From the sequence record SRR31156797_3249: 44,219 bases of DNA. One strand, given 5' to 3'. The translations under genes were made by a program, and so were the position numbers. Positions within the stretch are counted from its first letter, which is position 1, and each line of letters begins with the position of its first letter. Below, piece by piece: positions 10,470 through 20,832 of the stretch. The notes beneath the pieces are model-generated. The model was not told the DNA's origin. It saw nothing but the letters and a program-made list of their open reading frames with translations, and searched no databases.

Positions 10470-10621
10470 ATGACCTATTCACCAAATTGAAGAATGCGTA
10501 TAGTTAATATCCGCAAAGATTTGGAAATTTATTAAACCTAAACTCGGAACAACAAGACTAGCGTCTAGCGGCCTAATACTCCCGTGTTTAAGTTGTAGCG
10601 CTTCAGGAAGGAATCACACTC

Positions 10622-11788
10622 ATGGCTAAACGCAACCCTGCGACAATTGCTGTTCGTACTGGTATCGAATCAGACACTCAATATCACGCTGTCGTTCCAC
10701 CAATTTATTTATCGACCAACTACGGTTTCCCTGCGTTTGGCGAAGTGCCACAATATGACTACACGCGTTCAGGTAATCCAAACCGAGGCTTACTAGAAAA
10801 AGCCCTTTATGAACTTGAAGAAGGTCAAGATGCGGTTATCACTAACTGCGGTACTTCTGCTTTAAACCTTCTTGCTTCAGCATTTCTTGGCCCTAATGAC
10901 GTTATCGTCGCACCACACGATTGCTACGGTGGTACCTACCGTTTGTTCAATACACGAGCAAACAAAGGCGATTTTAAAGTGTTGTTTGTCGACCAGTCTG
11001 ATGATCAAGCTCTGGCAGAGGCGCTAGCGCAGAAACCTAAACTGATTTTGTTAGAAACACCGTCTAACCCGCTGGTTCGCGTCGTGGACATTGAAAAAGT
11101 TTGCCAACAGGCAAAATCGGTTGGCGCTTTAGTCGCTGTCGACAACACTTTCCTGACTCCGGTTTACCAAAAACCACTCCTTCTTGGCGCAGATTTCGTT
11201 ATTCACTCAACCACTAAGTTCATTAACGGTCACTCTGATGTAATTGGTGGTGTTGTGATCAGCAAATCACCACAGCATGGTGAAGAGCTTGCTTGGTGGG
11301 GTAACTGTATTGGTGCAACCGGAACGCCATTTGATAGCTATTTAACCCTACGCGGCCTTCGTACCTTGGGTGCCCGTATGCGCGTGCATGAAGAAAGCTC
11401 CATGGCGATTTTGAACTACTTAAAATCTCAATCTTTGGTGAAAACCATTTATCACCCGAGCTTACCAGAGCATCCTGGACATGAGATTGCGAAGAAGCAG
11501 CAAAAAGGCTTCGGCTCAATGTTGAGCTTTGAATTTGCCGGTAGCTACGAACAACTGCAACACTTTGTGAGTGAACTTGAGCTGTTCTCTCTGGCTGAGT
11601 CACTGGGTGGGGTTGAGAGTTTAATCTGCCACCCGGCAACCATGACACACCGAGCAATGGGTGAAGCGGCTCTAGAAGAAGCTGGCATTTCACTGCAGCT
11701 ACTGCGCCTGTCTGTTGGTCTGGAAGATTCAGACGATCTTATCTCTGACTTAGAGCAAGCCTTCACTAAAGTTAAGGAGAAGTTTTAA
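10622..11788 (+). CDS. metB: Cystathionine gamma-synthase
   Basis: VVPPIYLST, YTRSGNP, ETPSNP, PLP lysine motif HSTTKFINGHSD, AESLGGVESL; its stop overlaps the metL start (TAATG). Confidence 0.96.
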   Translation: MAKRNPATIAVRTGIESDTQYHAVVPPIYLSTNYGFPAFGEVPQYDYTRSGNPNRGLLEKALYELEEGQDAVITNCGTSALNLLASAFLGPNDVIVAPHDCYGGTYRLFNTRANKGDFKVLFVDQSDDQALAEALAQKPKLILLETPSNPLVRVVDIEKVCQQAKSVGALVAVDNTFLTPVYQKPLLLGADFVIHSTTKFINGHSDVIGGVVISKSPQHGEELAWWGNCIGATGTPFDSYLTLRGLRTLGARMRVHEESSMAILNYLKSQSLVKTIYHPSLPEHPGHEIAKKQQKGFGSMLSFEFAGSYEQLQHFVSELELFSLAESLGGVESLICHPATMTHRAMGEAALEEAGISLQLLRLSVGLEDSDDLISDLEQAFTKVKEKF

Positions 11789-14199
11789 TGTCTGTATCAC
11801 GTCAGCTACACAAATTTGGTGGTAGTAGCCTAGCGGATCCTGAATGCTATTTACGTGTAGCAAATATTCTCAAAGAGTACTCTCAACCTGAAGATTTGAT
11901 TGTGGTTTCAGCGGCGGGTAAAACCACCAACCGCTTGATCGCTTTCCTCGAGGCTCTCAACAAAGATGGTCGTATCGCGCATGAAACTTTACAGTCTCTG
12001 CGTCAATTCCAATGTCAATTGGTTGAAGATTTATTAGAAGGTGAAGTCGCAGACAAGCTATTAACTCAAGTGAATGGAGAGTTTATTCGTCTGGGTGAAA
12101 TGACAGCGCCACTAAGCAAAGCGGAACAAGCTGCAGTACTTGGCCATGGCGAAATGTGGTCATCACGCCTGTTAGCGGCACTGCTTAATCAAAATCAATT
12201 ACCCGCAGTGTCTCAAGACGCACGTGAGTTTCTACGCGCAGAAGAGGGAACACAGCCAGAAGTCGATCGCTCACGTTCTTACCCGCTGATTAAAAAAGTA
12301 TTAGCACAACATGCACAACACCGTATTGTCATCACTGGCTTTATGGCGCAAAACGAACAAGGTGAAACCGTACTACTGGGCCGTAACGGTTCAGACTACT
12401 CCGCAACCGTAATTGGTGCGCTTGCAGATGTTGATCGAGTCACCATCTGGAGTGATGTCGCTGGCGTATATAGTGCTGATCCACGTCTGGTTGCAGATGC
12501 ATGCTTACTGCCACTGTTACGTTTAGACGAAGCGAACGAACTCGCCCGTCTAGCCGCTCCGGTTCTTCACAGTAGAACGCTTCAACCGGTTGCTCAAAGC
12601 GCAATGGATTTAGAACTGAGATGCAGTCATCAACCGGAGTCAGGTTCAACCAAGATCGAACGAGTACTGGCTTCTGGCCGCGGGGCGAAAATTATTACCT
12701 CGCTGGATGAAGTTCTGCTTATTGAACTGGAATTTGGCCACGGTCACGATTTCTCACGCATCTACACAGAGACGTTGGCCAAACTTAAGCGTGAACAGCT
12801 AGAACCGCTCGCATTTGAAGCGCAATCTGACCAACATATACTTCGCTTAGCTTACACCGCAGAAATTGCCTCAGGTGCATTAGCTTATTTACAAGACACC
12901 GCCACTGAAGCAGAAATTAAACTCAAAGAAGGCTATTCACTGGTTGGCGCTGTTGGTGCAGGGGTGACGAAGAATGCCAACCACAGTTACGGCTTCTACC
13001 AGCAATTAAAAAACGCGCCTATTGAGTTTATTTGTGAAGCAGAATCTGAACTGAGCCTCGTCGCGGTGCTACGCCAAACGCCGATAGAGAAGCTGGTAGT
13101 CAGCGTACATAATCAAATTTTCCAGGCACAGAAACGCGTTGCGATTGCACTATGTGGTAAAGGAAACATCGGTTCAAGCTGGCTTAAACTGTTTGCAGAG
13201 CAAAAAGAAGAGCTAGAAAAACGCCGTGGTATGAACTTCGAACTGGTCGCTGTTATCGATAGTCAGACATACTGGTTTGAACCTAAAGGCATTAACCCAG
13301 ATACCGTTCTAAGTCGTTATCAAGACGAAGCGATTGAGAATGACAGCAATAGCTGGCTATACAAACTGGGTAAACTGCAAGGCTATGATGACGCGATTGT
13401 TTTAGACGTTACCGCAAGCAAAGTACTAGCAAACCAGTACCTCGATATCGCCCAACAAGGGATGCACCTGATCTCTGCCAACAAGGTTGCCGGCTCAGCG
13501 TCCAGCGAGTACTACCACCAAGTGAAAGAGTCATTCGCCAAAATCAGTCGACACTGGTTATACAACGCGACTGTCGGTGCTGGTTTACCTATCAATCACA
13601 CCGTCCGTGATTTACGTGAGAGTGGCGATGAAATTACCGCCCTATCAGGCATCTTCTCTGGCACGCTCTCTTGGCTATTCCAACAATACGATGGCTCCGT
13701 CCCTTTCAGCGAATTGATTGATCTTGCATGGCAGCAAGGGTTAACAGAACCCGACCCTCGCAACGACCTAGATGGCTCTGATGTGATGCGTAAGCTCGTT
13801 ATCCTGGCTCGTGAGTCTGGCTTGGATGTCGAACCACACACTATCAAAGTGGAGTCTCTGGTTCCTGAAGAGCTGCAAGACATCTCTTTGGATGACTTCC
13901 TAGATAACAGTCAGCTATTGAATCAGCGCCTTGCAGAGCGCTTAGCAAAAGCACAACGTGAAGATAAAGTACTGCGTTACGTGGCTCGTTTAGAAAAGAA
14001 TGGTAAAGCCACCGTCGGCGTAGAAGCATTGGAAAAAGATCATCCACTGGCTAACTTACTGCCGTGTGACAACATCTTTGCGATCGAGAGTAAATGGTAT
14101 AAAGACAACCCACTGGTCATTCGTGGGCCAGGCGCTGGACGAGAAGTCACCGCGGGCGCTATCCAATCGGATTTAAACTTGCTTTCCAGCTTACTTTAA
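11788..14199 (+). CDS. metL: Bifunctional aspartokinase II / homoserine dehydrogenase II
   Basis: LHKFGGSSLAD, LGRNGSDYSA, GKGNIG, ATVGAGLP, TEPDPRND, GPGAGREVTA. Confidence 0.96.
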   Translation: MSVSRQLHKFGGSSLADPECYLRVANILKEYSQPEDLIVVSAAGKTTNRLIAFLEALNKDGRIAHETLQSLRQFQCQLVEDLLEGEVADKLLTQVNGEFIRLGEMTAPLSKAEQAAVLGHGEMWSSRLLAALLNQNQLPAVSQDAREFLRAEEGTQPEVDRSRSYPLIKKVLAQHAQHRIVITGFMAQNEQGETVLLGRNGSDYSATVIGALADVDRVTIWSDVAGVYSADPRLVADACLLPLLRLDEANELARLAAPVLHSRTLQPVAQSAMDLELRCSHQPESGSTKIERVLASGRGAKIITSLDEVLLIELEFGHGHDFSRIYTETLAKLKREQLEPLAFEAQSDQHILRLAYTAEIASGALAYLQDTATEAEIKLKEGYSLVGAVGAGVTKNANHSYGFYQQLKNAPIEFICEAESELSLVAVLRQTPIEKLVVSVHNQIFQAQKRVAIALCGKGNIGSSWLKLFAEQKEELEKRRGMNFELVAVIDSQTYWFEPKGINPDTVLSRYQDEAIENDSNSWLYKLGKLQGYDDAIVLDVTASKVLANQYLDIAQQGMHLISANKVAGSASSEYYHQVKESFAKISRHWLYNATVGAGLPINHTVRDLRESGDEITALSGIFSGTLSWLFQQYDGSVPFSELIDLAWQQGLTEPDPRNDLDGSDVMRKLVILARESGLDVEPHTIKVESLVPEELQDISLDDFLDNSQLLNQRLAERLAKAQREDKVLRYVARLEKNGKATVGVEALEKDHPLANLLPCDNIFAIESKWYKDNPLVIRGPGAGREVTAGAIQSDLNLLSSLL

Positions 14200-14207
14200 T
14201 CTTTTAT

Positions 14208-14240
14208 AAAACTCGCCTTAACTGGCGAGTTTTGTTTTTT
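14208..14240 (+). terminator. Intrinsic terminator after metL
   Basis: AAAACTCGCC-TTAACT-GGCGAGTTTT followed by GTTTTTT. Confidence 0.8.
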
Positions 14241-14349
14241 AACGCCACACAGGTAAACAAAATCAGCACATCAAACTAAGTTATTACCTATGAACATAAA
14301 CTCCCGCTAAAAATGAATTAAACCAGTTGAATTCCCCTCACATTCAACA

Positions 14350-14362
14350 TGAAAAAAATTCA
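14350..14362. promoter_or_regulatory. MetR binding site upstream of metF
   Basis: TGAA-AAAAA-TTCA, an exact match to the MetR consensus TGAA-N5-TTCA, just upstream of the -35. Confidence 0.7.
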
Positions 14363-14373
14363 TATTCGTAAGG

Positions 14374-15362
<989 letters not shown>

Positions 15363-15381
15363 TTAGAGAAATTTCAGATGT

Positions 15382-15413
15382 AAAAAAGCCGATACTCTTA
15401 TATCGGCTTTTTT
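15382..15413. terminator. Bidirectional terminator between metF and zapB
   Basis: AAAAAAGCCGATA...TATCGGCTTTTTT between convergent genes. Confidence 0.88.
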
Positions 15414-15438
15414 GTATTTGTGTGGATAAGCAATGGGC

Positions 15439-15681
15439 TTATTCAACATCATCCATTTTACCAAGCAGGTTACGGATGCGCTCTTGCCATTGGTCATGCT
15501 CTTGCTGAATTTGTTGTGCTTTTTGCTCAAGAGATTCACGGTTCGCTTTTAGCTCATTCGCTTCTTCTGCAAGCTGCTGCTTTTCTTCTTTCAGTTCTTC
15601 AACTTCCATTTGAAGAAGAGCGATTGTGTCAACCGCGGTTTGAATTTTTGCTTCTAATTGTTCTAGTACTTCAAAAGACAT
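15439..15681 (-). CDS. zapB: Cell division protein ZapB
   Basis: [32 protein letters not shown] coiled coil ending [12 protein letters not shown]. Confidence 0.95.
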   Translation of the reverse strand: MSFEVLEQLEAKIQTAVDTIALLQMEVEELKEEKQQLAEEANELKANRESLEQKAQQIQQEHDQWQERIRNLLGKMDDVE

Positions 15682-16000
15682 GGTACTTACCCTTTATGAT
15701 TCGGTTGAAATGGACAATACGTCACTGATGCCCCCATTCTACTCAGCCAAGCTACGATAAACACTCACTATATTCGATCTTTTTTGCTATTCGGTTAAAA
15801 AAACAGCGCAATTTTACATCACGCTAACTTAACAACCCGAATCACTTGCAAAGCTGATGTTTATTGACTCTCAGCCAATTAAAATCTCACCAACTTTTGA
15901 TCCATTGCAACTCCCCTGATTCTAATTAGCAAACGTTTACTTTCTATTGTGATAAACTACCGCGCAAAATTATCCCCTATCGTTATGAGTTGGAGTAAAC

Positions 16001-17008
16001 ATGAAACGCGATTTAGCAATGGCTTTTTCTCGAGTTACTGAAGGTGCTGCGTTAGCAGGTTATAAATGGCTTGGCCGTGGCGACAAAAATGCCGCAGACG
16101 GAGCAGCAGTAGAAGTCATGCGTACTTTACTGAATCAAACAGAAATCCAAGGCGAAATCGTGATTGGTGAAGGGGAGATCGACGACGCGCCAATGCTATA
16201 CATTGGTGAGAAAGTCGGAATGGGCGGCGACGAAGTTGATATTGCGGTAGACCCTATTGAAGGTACTCGCATGACAGCGATGGGACAATCTAATGCCCTT
16301 GCCGTGCTCGCTGCTGGCGAAAAAGGCAGCTTCTTAAAAGCCCCTGACATGTACATGGAAAAATTGGTTGTCGGTCCGGGAGCTAAAGGTTGTATCGACC
16401 TGAATAAACCTCTTAAAGAGAACCTTGAGAACATTGCACAAGCGCTGGGTAAAACGCTAGATACCCTAGTGGTCATCACGCTTGCCAAACCTCGCCACGA
16501 CCAAGTGATTGCAGAAATGCAACAGATGGGCGTGCGCGTATTCGCTGTACCTGATGGTGATGTGGCGGCTTCCATTTTGACTTGTATGCCAGACAGTGAA
16601 GTCGATGCCATGTACTGCATCGGTGGCGCACCGGAAGGTGTGGTTTCAGCCGCGGTTATCCGTGCCTTAGACGGCGACATGCATGGTCGCTTACTACCGC
16701 GCCATCAAGTGAAAGGCGATACGGAAGACAACCGTATTTGGGGTGCAAGCGAACTAGAACGCTGTAAAGAAATGGGCGTTGAAGCGAATGTAGTACTGAA
16801 AATGGAAGATATGGCGCGTAGCGATAACGTGATCTTCTCTGCAACGGGTATTACCAAAGGCGACCTGCTAGAGGGAATTACTCGTCAAGGTCATATCGCA
16901 ACCACAGAAACACTTCTGATCCGTGGCCGATGCCGCACAATTCGTCGTATTAAGTCTATCCACTATTTAGAGCGTAAAGACGCTGATATCCGCGATATCA
17001 TTCTTTAA
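16001..17008 (+). CDS. glpX: Class II fructose-1,6-bisphosphatase
   Basis: GRGDKNAADGAA, VIGEGEIDDAPML, AVDPIEGT, DGDV, GGAPEGV. Confidence 0.96.
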   Translation: MKRDLAMAFSRVTEGAALAGYKWLGRGDKNAADGAAVEVMRTLLNQTEIQGEIVIGEGEIDDAPMLYIGEKVGMGGDEVDIAVDPIEGTRMTAMGQSNALAVLAAGEKGSFLKAPDMYMEKLVVGPGAKGCIDLNKPLKENLENIAQALGKTLDTLVVITLAKPRHDQVIAEMQQMGVRVFAVPDGDVAASILTCMPDSEVDAMYCIGGAPEGVVSAAVIRALDGDMHGRLLPRHQVKGDTEDNRIWGASELERCKEMGVEANVVLKMEDMARSDNVIFSATGITKGDLLEGITRQGHIATTETLLIRGRCRTIRRIKSIHYLERKDADIRDIIL

Positions 17009-17017
17009 GTAAATAAC

Positions 17018-17045
17018 AAAAAAGACCGCTTAAGCGGTCTTTTTT
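17018..17045. terminator. Bidirectional terminator between glpX and pfkA
   Basis: AAAAAAGACCGC-TTAA-GCGGTCTTTTTT, a perfect palindrome. Confidence 0.88.
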
Positions 17046-17067
17046 AGTTTCAAAGTAACAGCGTGGT

Positions 17068-18030
17068 TTAGAACAACTCTTCTGCAACTTTGTACAGATC
17101 TTTACGAACTGGGCGACGCATGTTTTCAATGGCATCAATGATGTCGTGGTGAACCAGCTCTTCTTTCTGGATACCCACACAACGACCACCGTGACCTTCC
17201 ATCAACAGATGAACACCGTAGTTACCCATACGAGAAGCTAGCACACGGTCAAACGCTGTCGGTTTACCACCGCGTTGAATGTGACCAAGAATCGTTGCAC
17301 GAGTTTCACGTTTTGTTGCCGTTTCAATTTCTTTCGCTAACTCGTTAGCGTCCATCATCAGCTCAGTCAATGCGATGATTGCATGCTTCTTACCTTTCTT
17401 AATGCCATCTTGAATATTAGAGATTAGCTCTTCCATATTCAGACCTGTTTCTGGCGTAATGATGTACTCACAACCACCAGCAAGTGCAGACATAAGAGTC
17501 AGGTCACCACAGTGGCGGCCCATGATTTCAACAATAGAGATACGTTGGTGAGATGAAGACGTATCACGTAGACGGTCGATAGACTCGATAACGGTATTCA
17601 ATGCTGTTAGGTAACCGATGGTGTAATCCGTACCTGCGATATCATTATCAATTGTGCCTGGCAGACCGATACATGGGTAACCCATTTCAGTCAACTTCTT
17701 CGCACCCATGTACGAACCGTCACCACCGATAACAACTAGCGCTTCAATACCGTGCTTTTTCAAGTTCTCAATCGCTTTCTCACGTACAGCCACTTCTTTA
17801 AACTCAGGGAAACGCGCTGAACCTAAGAAAGTACCACCACGGTTGATTACGTCAGATACACTTGAACGATCAAGCTTTTTGATGCGGTCTTCGTAAAGGC
17901 CTTGGTAACCATCATAAATACCAAATACTTCTAGTCCTGCACCTAATGCTGTACGCACAACACCGCGAATCGCCGCGTTCATACCCGGAGCATCGCCACC
18001 ACTTGTTAAAACACCGATCTTTTTAATCAT
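17068..18030 (-). CDS. pfkA: 6-phosphofructokinase (320 aa)
   Basis: [48 protein letters not shown] 18030 with a GAGGG SD preferred over the ORF-track start at 18099. Confidence 0.98.
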   Translation of the reverse strand: MIKKIGVLTSGGDAPGMNAAIRGVVRTALGAGLEVFGIYDGYQGLYEDRIKKLDRSSVSDVINRGGTFLGSARFPEFKEVAVREKAIENLKKHGIEALVVIGGDGSYMGAKKLTEMGYPCIGLPGTIDNDIAGTDYTIGYLTALNTVIESIDRLRDTSSSHQRISIVEIMGRHCGDLTLMSALAGGCEYIITPETGLNMEELISNIQDGIKKGKKHAIIALTELMMDANELAKEIETATKRETRATILGHIQRGGKPTAFDRVLASRMGNYGVHLLMEGHGGRCVGIQKEELVHHDIIDAIENMRRPVRKDLYKVAEELF

Positions 18031-18276
18031 GATCACCCTCAATTTTTTGAAATTTGTATAACTATTTTTGCGTCGCCTGAAACTCAGTTCAAACAACAAA
18101 ATCTTTTAATTATGTCTGCCTGCTAGAAAAAACTAGCGTGCTTATAATGCGCTGTAATGAAGCTTTTTACCCAATTGCAGTATTACAGTTTTGCACTTTC
18201 ACATCGTTGATTCACATCAGATTCGTGCATTTTATTTAAGCCGCAAAAAATATAGTCTATCTCACAAGCTTTGTCG

Positions 18277-19185
18277 CTACCAAGGTTGAAGTTTTTGTTT
18301 CCTTTCTGGCCCAAACATTAATGAATATGGGTCCTGATGGATTAAAACATCCGCACCAGGGAACGCATCACATAATTTCTCCTCAACATCATCGGAAATT
18401 CGATGCGCTTCGATTAGAGGCATCTTGTCATCCAGCTCTAAGTGTAGCTGAATAAATCTCACCGGACCTGACATCCGAGTTCTCAGATCATGGATACCCA
18501 ATACACCATCAACAGACAGCGAAATTTGGCGAATTTGCGCAATTTCCTCTTCTGGTAACTGACGATCAAGCAGCGTTTGAATCGCCTCTTTCACCATTTT
18601 AAATGCGCTATATAAGATAAAACAGCCAATACCAACCGCAAAAACAGCATCGGCCTGCTTAACACCAAACCAGCTTAAACCAAGTGCAACCATAATTGCA
18701 CCATTCATATATAAGTCAGACTGATAATGCAACGAATCGGCAGCGATAGCCTGGCTGCCTGTTTTTTTAACCACATGGCGTTGGAACAGCACTAAAGCGA
18801 AAGTCACCACGATAGCAAGTAGACTGACGTAAATACCGTACTCAGGCGCTTTAAGCTCATGGGGGCGGAAGAAACGATCCACACCATTCAAAATAAGGAA
18901 GCAAGCAGAACCAGAAATAAACATGGCTTGCGCCAGCGCTGCCAGCGATTCGGCTTTACCGTGGCCAAATGCATGCTCTCGATCCGCAGGTTGTAATGAG
19001 TAGCGTAGGACCACAAGGTTTACAACGGACGCTGCGATATCCAGCATTGAATCAATAAGAGAGGCCAGCAAACTGACGGACCCCGTGATCCACCATGCTG
19101 CAACTTTGACAATCAGAAGTAAGGTCGCCACCAGAGTTGCTGTCCATGCAGCAATCGTTACTAAACGTGCGTATTCCTTTTTCAT
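18277..19185 (-). CDS. fieF: CDF-family metal (Fe2+/Zn2+) efflux transporter FieF/YiiP
   Basis: SLIDSMLD, PADREHAFGHGKAESLA, ADSLHYQSD, IHDLRTR, LIHQDP. Confidence 0.94.
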   Translation of the reverse strand: MKKEYARLVTIAAWTATLVATLLLIVKVAAWWITGSVSLLASLIDSMLDIAASVVNLVVLRYSLQPADREHAFGHGKAESLAALAQAMFISGSACFLILNGVDRFFRPHELKAPEYGIYVSLLAIVVTFALVLFQRHVVKKTGSQAIAADSLHYQSDLYMNGAIMVALGLSWFGVKQADAVFAVGIGCFILYSAFKMVKEAIQTLLDRQLPEEEIAQIRQISLSVDGVLGIHDLRTRMSGPVRFIQLHLELDDKMPLIEAHRISDDVEEKLCDAFPGADVLIHQDPYSLMFGPERKQKLQPW

Positions 19186-19287
19186 AACGTCTTACCATAA
19201 CAAACAATGACTTGATTATACCTAAATCAGCCTAAGATGCTTGTTTGATGAACGAATTTGTCACAGGTTAAACCAGACTGGAAAAGG

Positions 19288-19312
19288 AAAAGGCAGCCGA
19301 AGCTGCCTTTTT
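19288..19312 (-). terminator. Intrinsic terminator after cpxP
   Basis: AAAAGGCAGC-CGAA-GCTGCCTTTTT (UUCG loop on the - strand). Confidence 0.8.
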
Positions 19313-19350
19313 ATTCGTGAACACAATTACTAACGATATGAAGCGAACAA

Positions 19351-19965
19351 CTATTGTCCCATAGGTTGAACCGGTTGACCTTGAGGGCCACCACGCATCA
19401 TCCCTTGACCCTGACCCTGACCTTGCATCATACCTTGACCGCGAGGACCTTGAGCCCCTTTACCACCACGTTGACCGCCGTGACCAAACAACACACATTC
19501 ATTCATGCGTTCTTGCTGCATCGACGTCAACTTAGCTTTTTGATCCGCCGTTAGAACATTCATCATTGCATTACGCTGTTTCATCATTGCTACGCGTTGT
19601 TCTGCTCGACGTTCCACCATCTGTTGCGCCAATTTTTGCGCTGCGGCTTCATCAAAGTTCGCTGACATAACCAGCTCCCTTTCTTTCATTTTAAACGCAC
19701 GCATTTGCGCCTGCTTTCCTGCGCGTTGAGCTTGCATCGCGTCACGTTGTTGTAAACGAAGTTCCGCCATTTTTGCTTTTTGCTCTGGCGTAACATTTAA
19801 CTGAGCGAAAACGGCTGGGTTCATCATACCGCCACGGCCACAATCGCCATCGAAACCTCGACCTTGGCCAGGACCTTTACCGCCACCAGCGGCAAACGCT
19901 GCTGCTGAGCCTAAAGTAATAGGGAGGACAACTGCTGCAAGGATCATTTTTTTCGCCATTTTCAT
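19351..19965 (-). CDS. cpxP: Periplasmic CpxP/Spy-family protein
   Basis: Signal peptide (..AAAFA), two LTxxQ-like motifs (VTPEQ, LTADQ), FDEAAA; divergent from cpxR. Confidence 0.88.
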   Translation of the reverse strand: MKMAKKMILAAVVLPITLGSAAAFAAGGGKGPGQGRGFDGDCGRGGMMNPAVFAQLNVTPEQKAKMAELRLQQRDAMQAQRAGKQAQMRAFKMKERELVMSANFDEAAAQKLAQQMVERRAEQRVAMMKQRNAMMNVLTADQKAKLTSMQQERMNECVLFGHGGQRGGKGAQGPRGQGMMQGQGQGQGMMRGGPQGQPVQPMGQ

Positions 19966-20058
19966 AATCTTTTCCTTCTCGTTTGGACTTGAATCGGCTG
20001 CCTGTGCAGCGCTTGAATTTATAATACGACCTGCTAGGTAAAGCAGTGTTTGAGAAGC

Positions 20059-20073
20059 GTAAATGATCGTAAA
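20059..20073. promoter_or_regulatory. CpxR binding box in the cpxP-cpxR intergenic region
   Basis: GTAAA-TGATC-GTAAA, an exact match to GTAAA-N5-GTAAA; further half-sites at 20038 and 20111. Confidence 0.85.
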
Positions 20074-20148
20074 GGGTGAATTTACGTATGATGTTGAACA
20101 AGAAATAACAGTAAACTATAGCTAAATGCTCATGTTGAAGAGGTCACT

Positions 20149-20832
20149 ATGGCACACATCCTATTAATTGATGACGACACCGAACTCACCAGCTTATTAA
20201 AAGAAGTTTTAAGCTACGAGGGGTTTGATGTTTCCGAAGCCAATGATGGTGAAGCGGGCTTGGAAGCGGTGAATGATAGTGTCGACCTCATACTGCTTGA
20301 TGTCATGATGCCCAAGATGAACGGCATGGAAACACTAAAGAAACTGCGCGAGAAATGGCAGACGCCGGTATTAATGCTGACCGCTAAGGGTGAAGAGATT
20401 GATCGCGTGATTGGCCTTGAGCTTGGCGCGGATGACTACTTACCAAAACCATTCAGCGACCGAGAGCTAATGGCTCGCATACGAGCCGTATTGCGTAGGA
20501 CACAAAGCAACCACGCAAAACACTCTGATGTTATCGAATGTCAGGACATTCAAGTCTACCCGGGCAAGCAAGAAGCTTACTGTCAGGGAGAGCTGCTTGA
20601 TTTGACCACCACAGAATTTGCCCTGCTGGCTCACTTTGTACAGCACCCGGGAAGTACGCTCACTAAAGAAGACTTAAGCCTTGATGTACTGGGAAAACGC
20701 CTTGCCGCTTTTGACCGTGCCATTGACATGCATGTCTCCAACTTACGTAAAAAACTCCCAGAACGATCGGATGGAAAACTACGCATTAAAACCCTGCGCG
20801 GCCGCGGCTATTTAATGGTGTTGGAGGAGTGA
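20149..20832 (+). CDS. cpxR: OmpR-family response regulator CpxR
   Basis: LLIDDD, LLDVMMP, LELGADDYLPKPF, FDRAIDMHVSNLRKKL, TLRGRGY. Confidence 0.95.
   Translation: MAHILLIDDDTELTSLLKEVLSYEGFDVSEANDGEAGLEAVNDSVDLILLDVMMPKMNGMETLKKLREKWQTPVLMLTAKGEEIDRVIGLELGADDYLPKPFSDRELMARIRAVLRRTQSNHAKHSDVIECQDIQVYPGKQEAYCQGELLDLTTTEFALLAHFVQHPGSTLTKEDLSLDVLGKRLAAFDRAIDMHVSNLRKKLPERSDGKLRIKTLRGRGYLMVLEE

Noticed and set aside
16135-16680. 181-aa - strand ORF inside glpX (representative of many antisense ORFs in the track, e.g. 8855-9253, 11259-11693, 22971-23411, 41250-41645)
   Set aside because: Wholly antisense to conserved genes, with the Ser/Pro/Thr-rich composition typical of reverse-frame artefacts.
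19395-19470. Short tandem repeats as a possible CRISPR or phase-variation tract
   Set aside because: Units are 6-bp in-frame Gly-Gln codon repeats within cpxP; there are no spacers and no frameshift potential.
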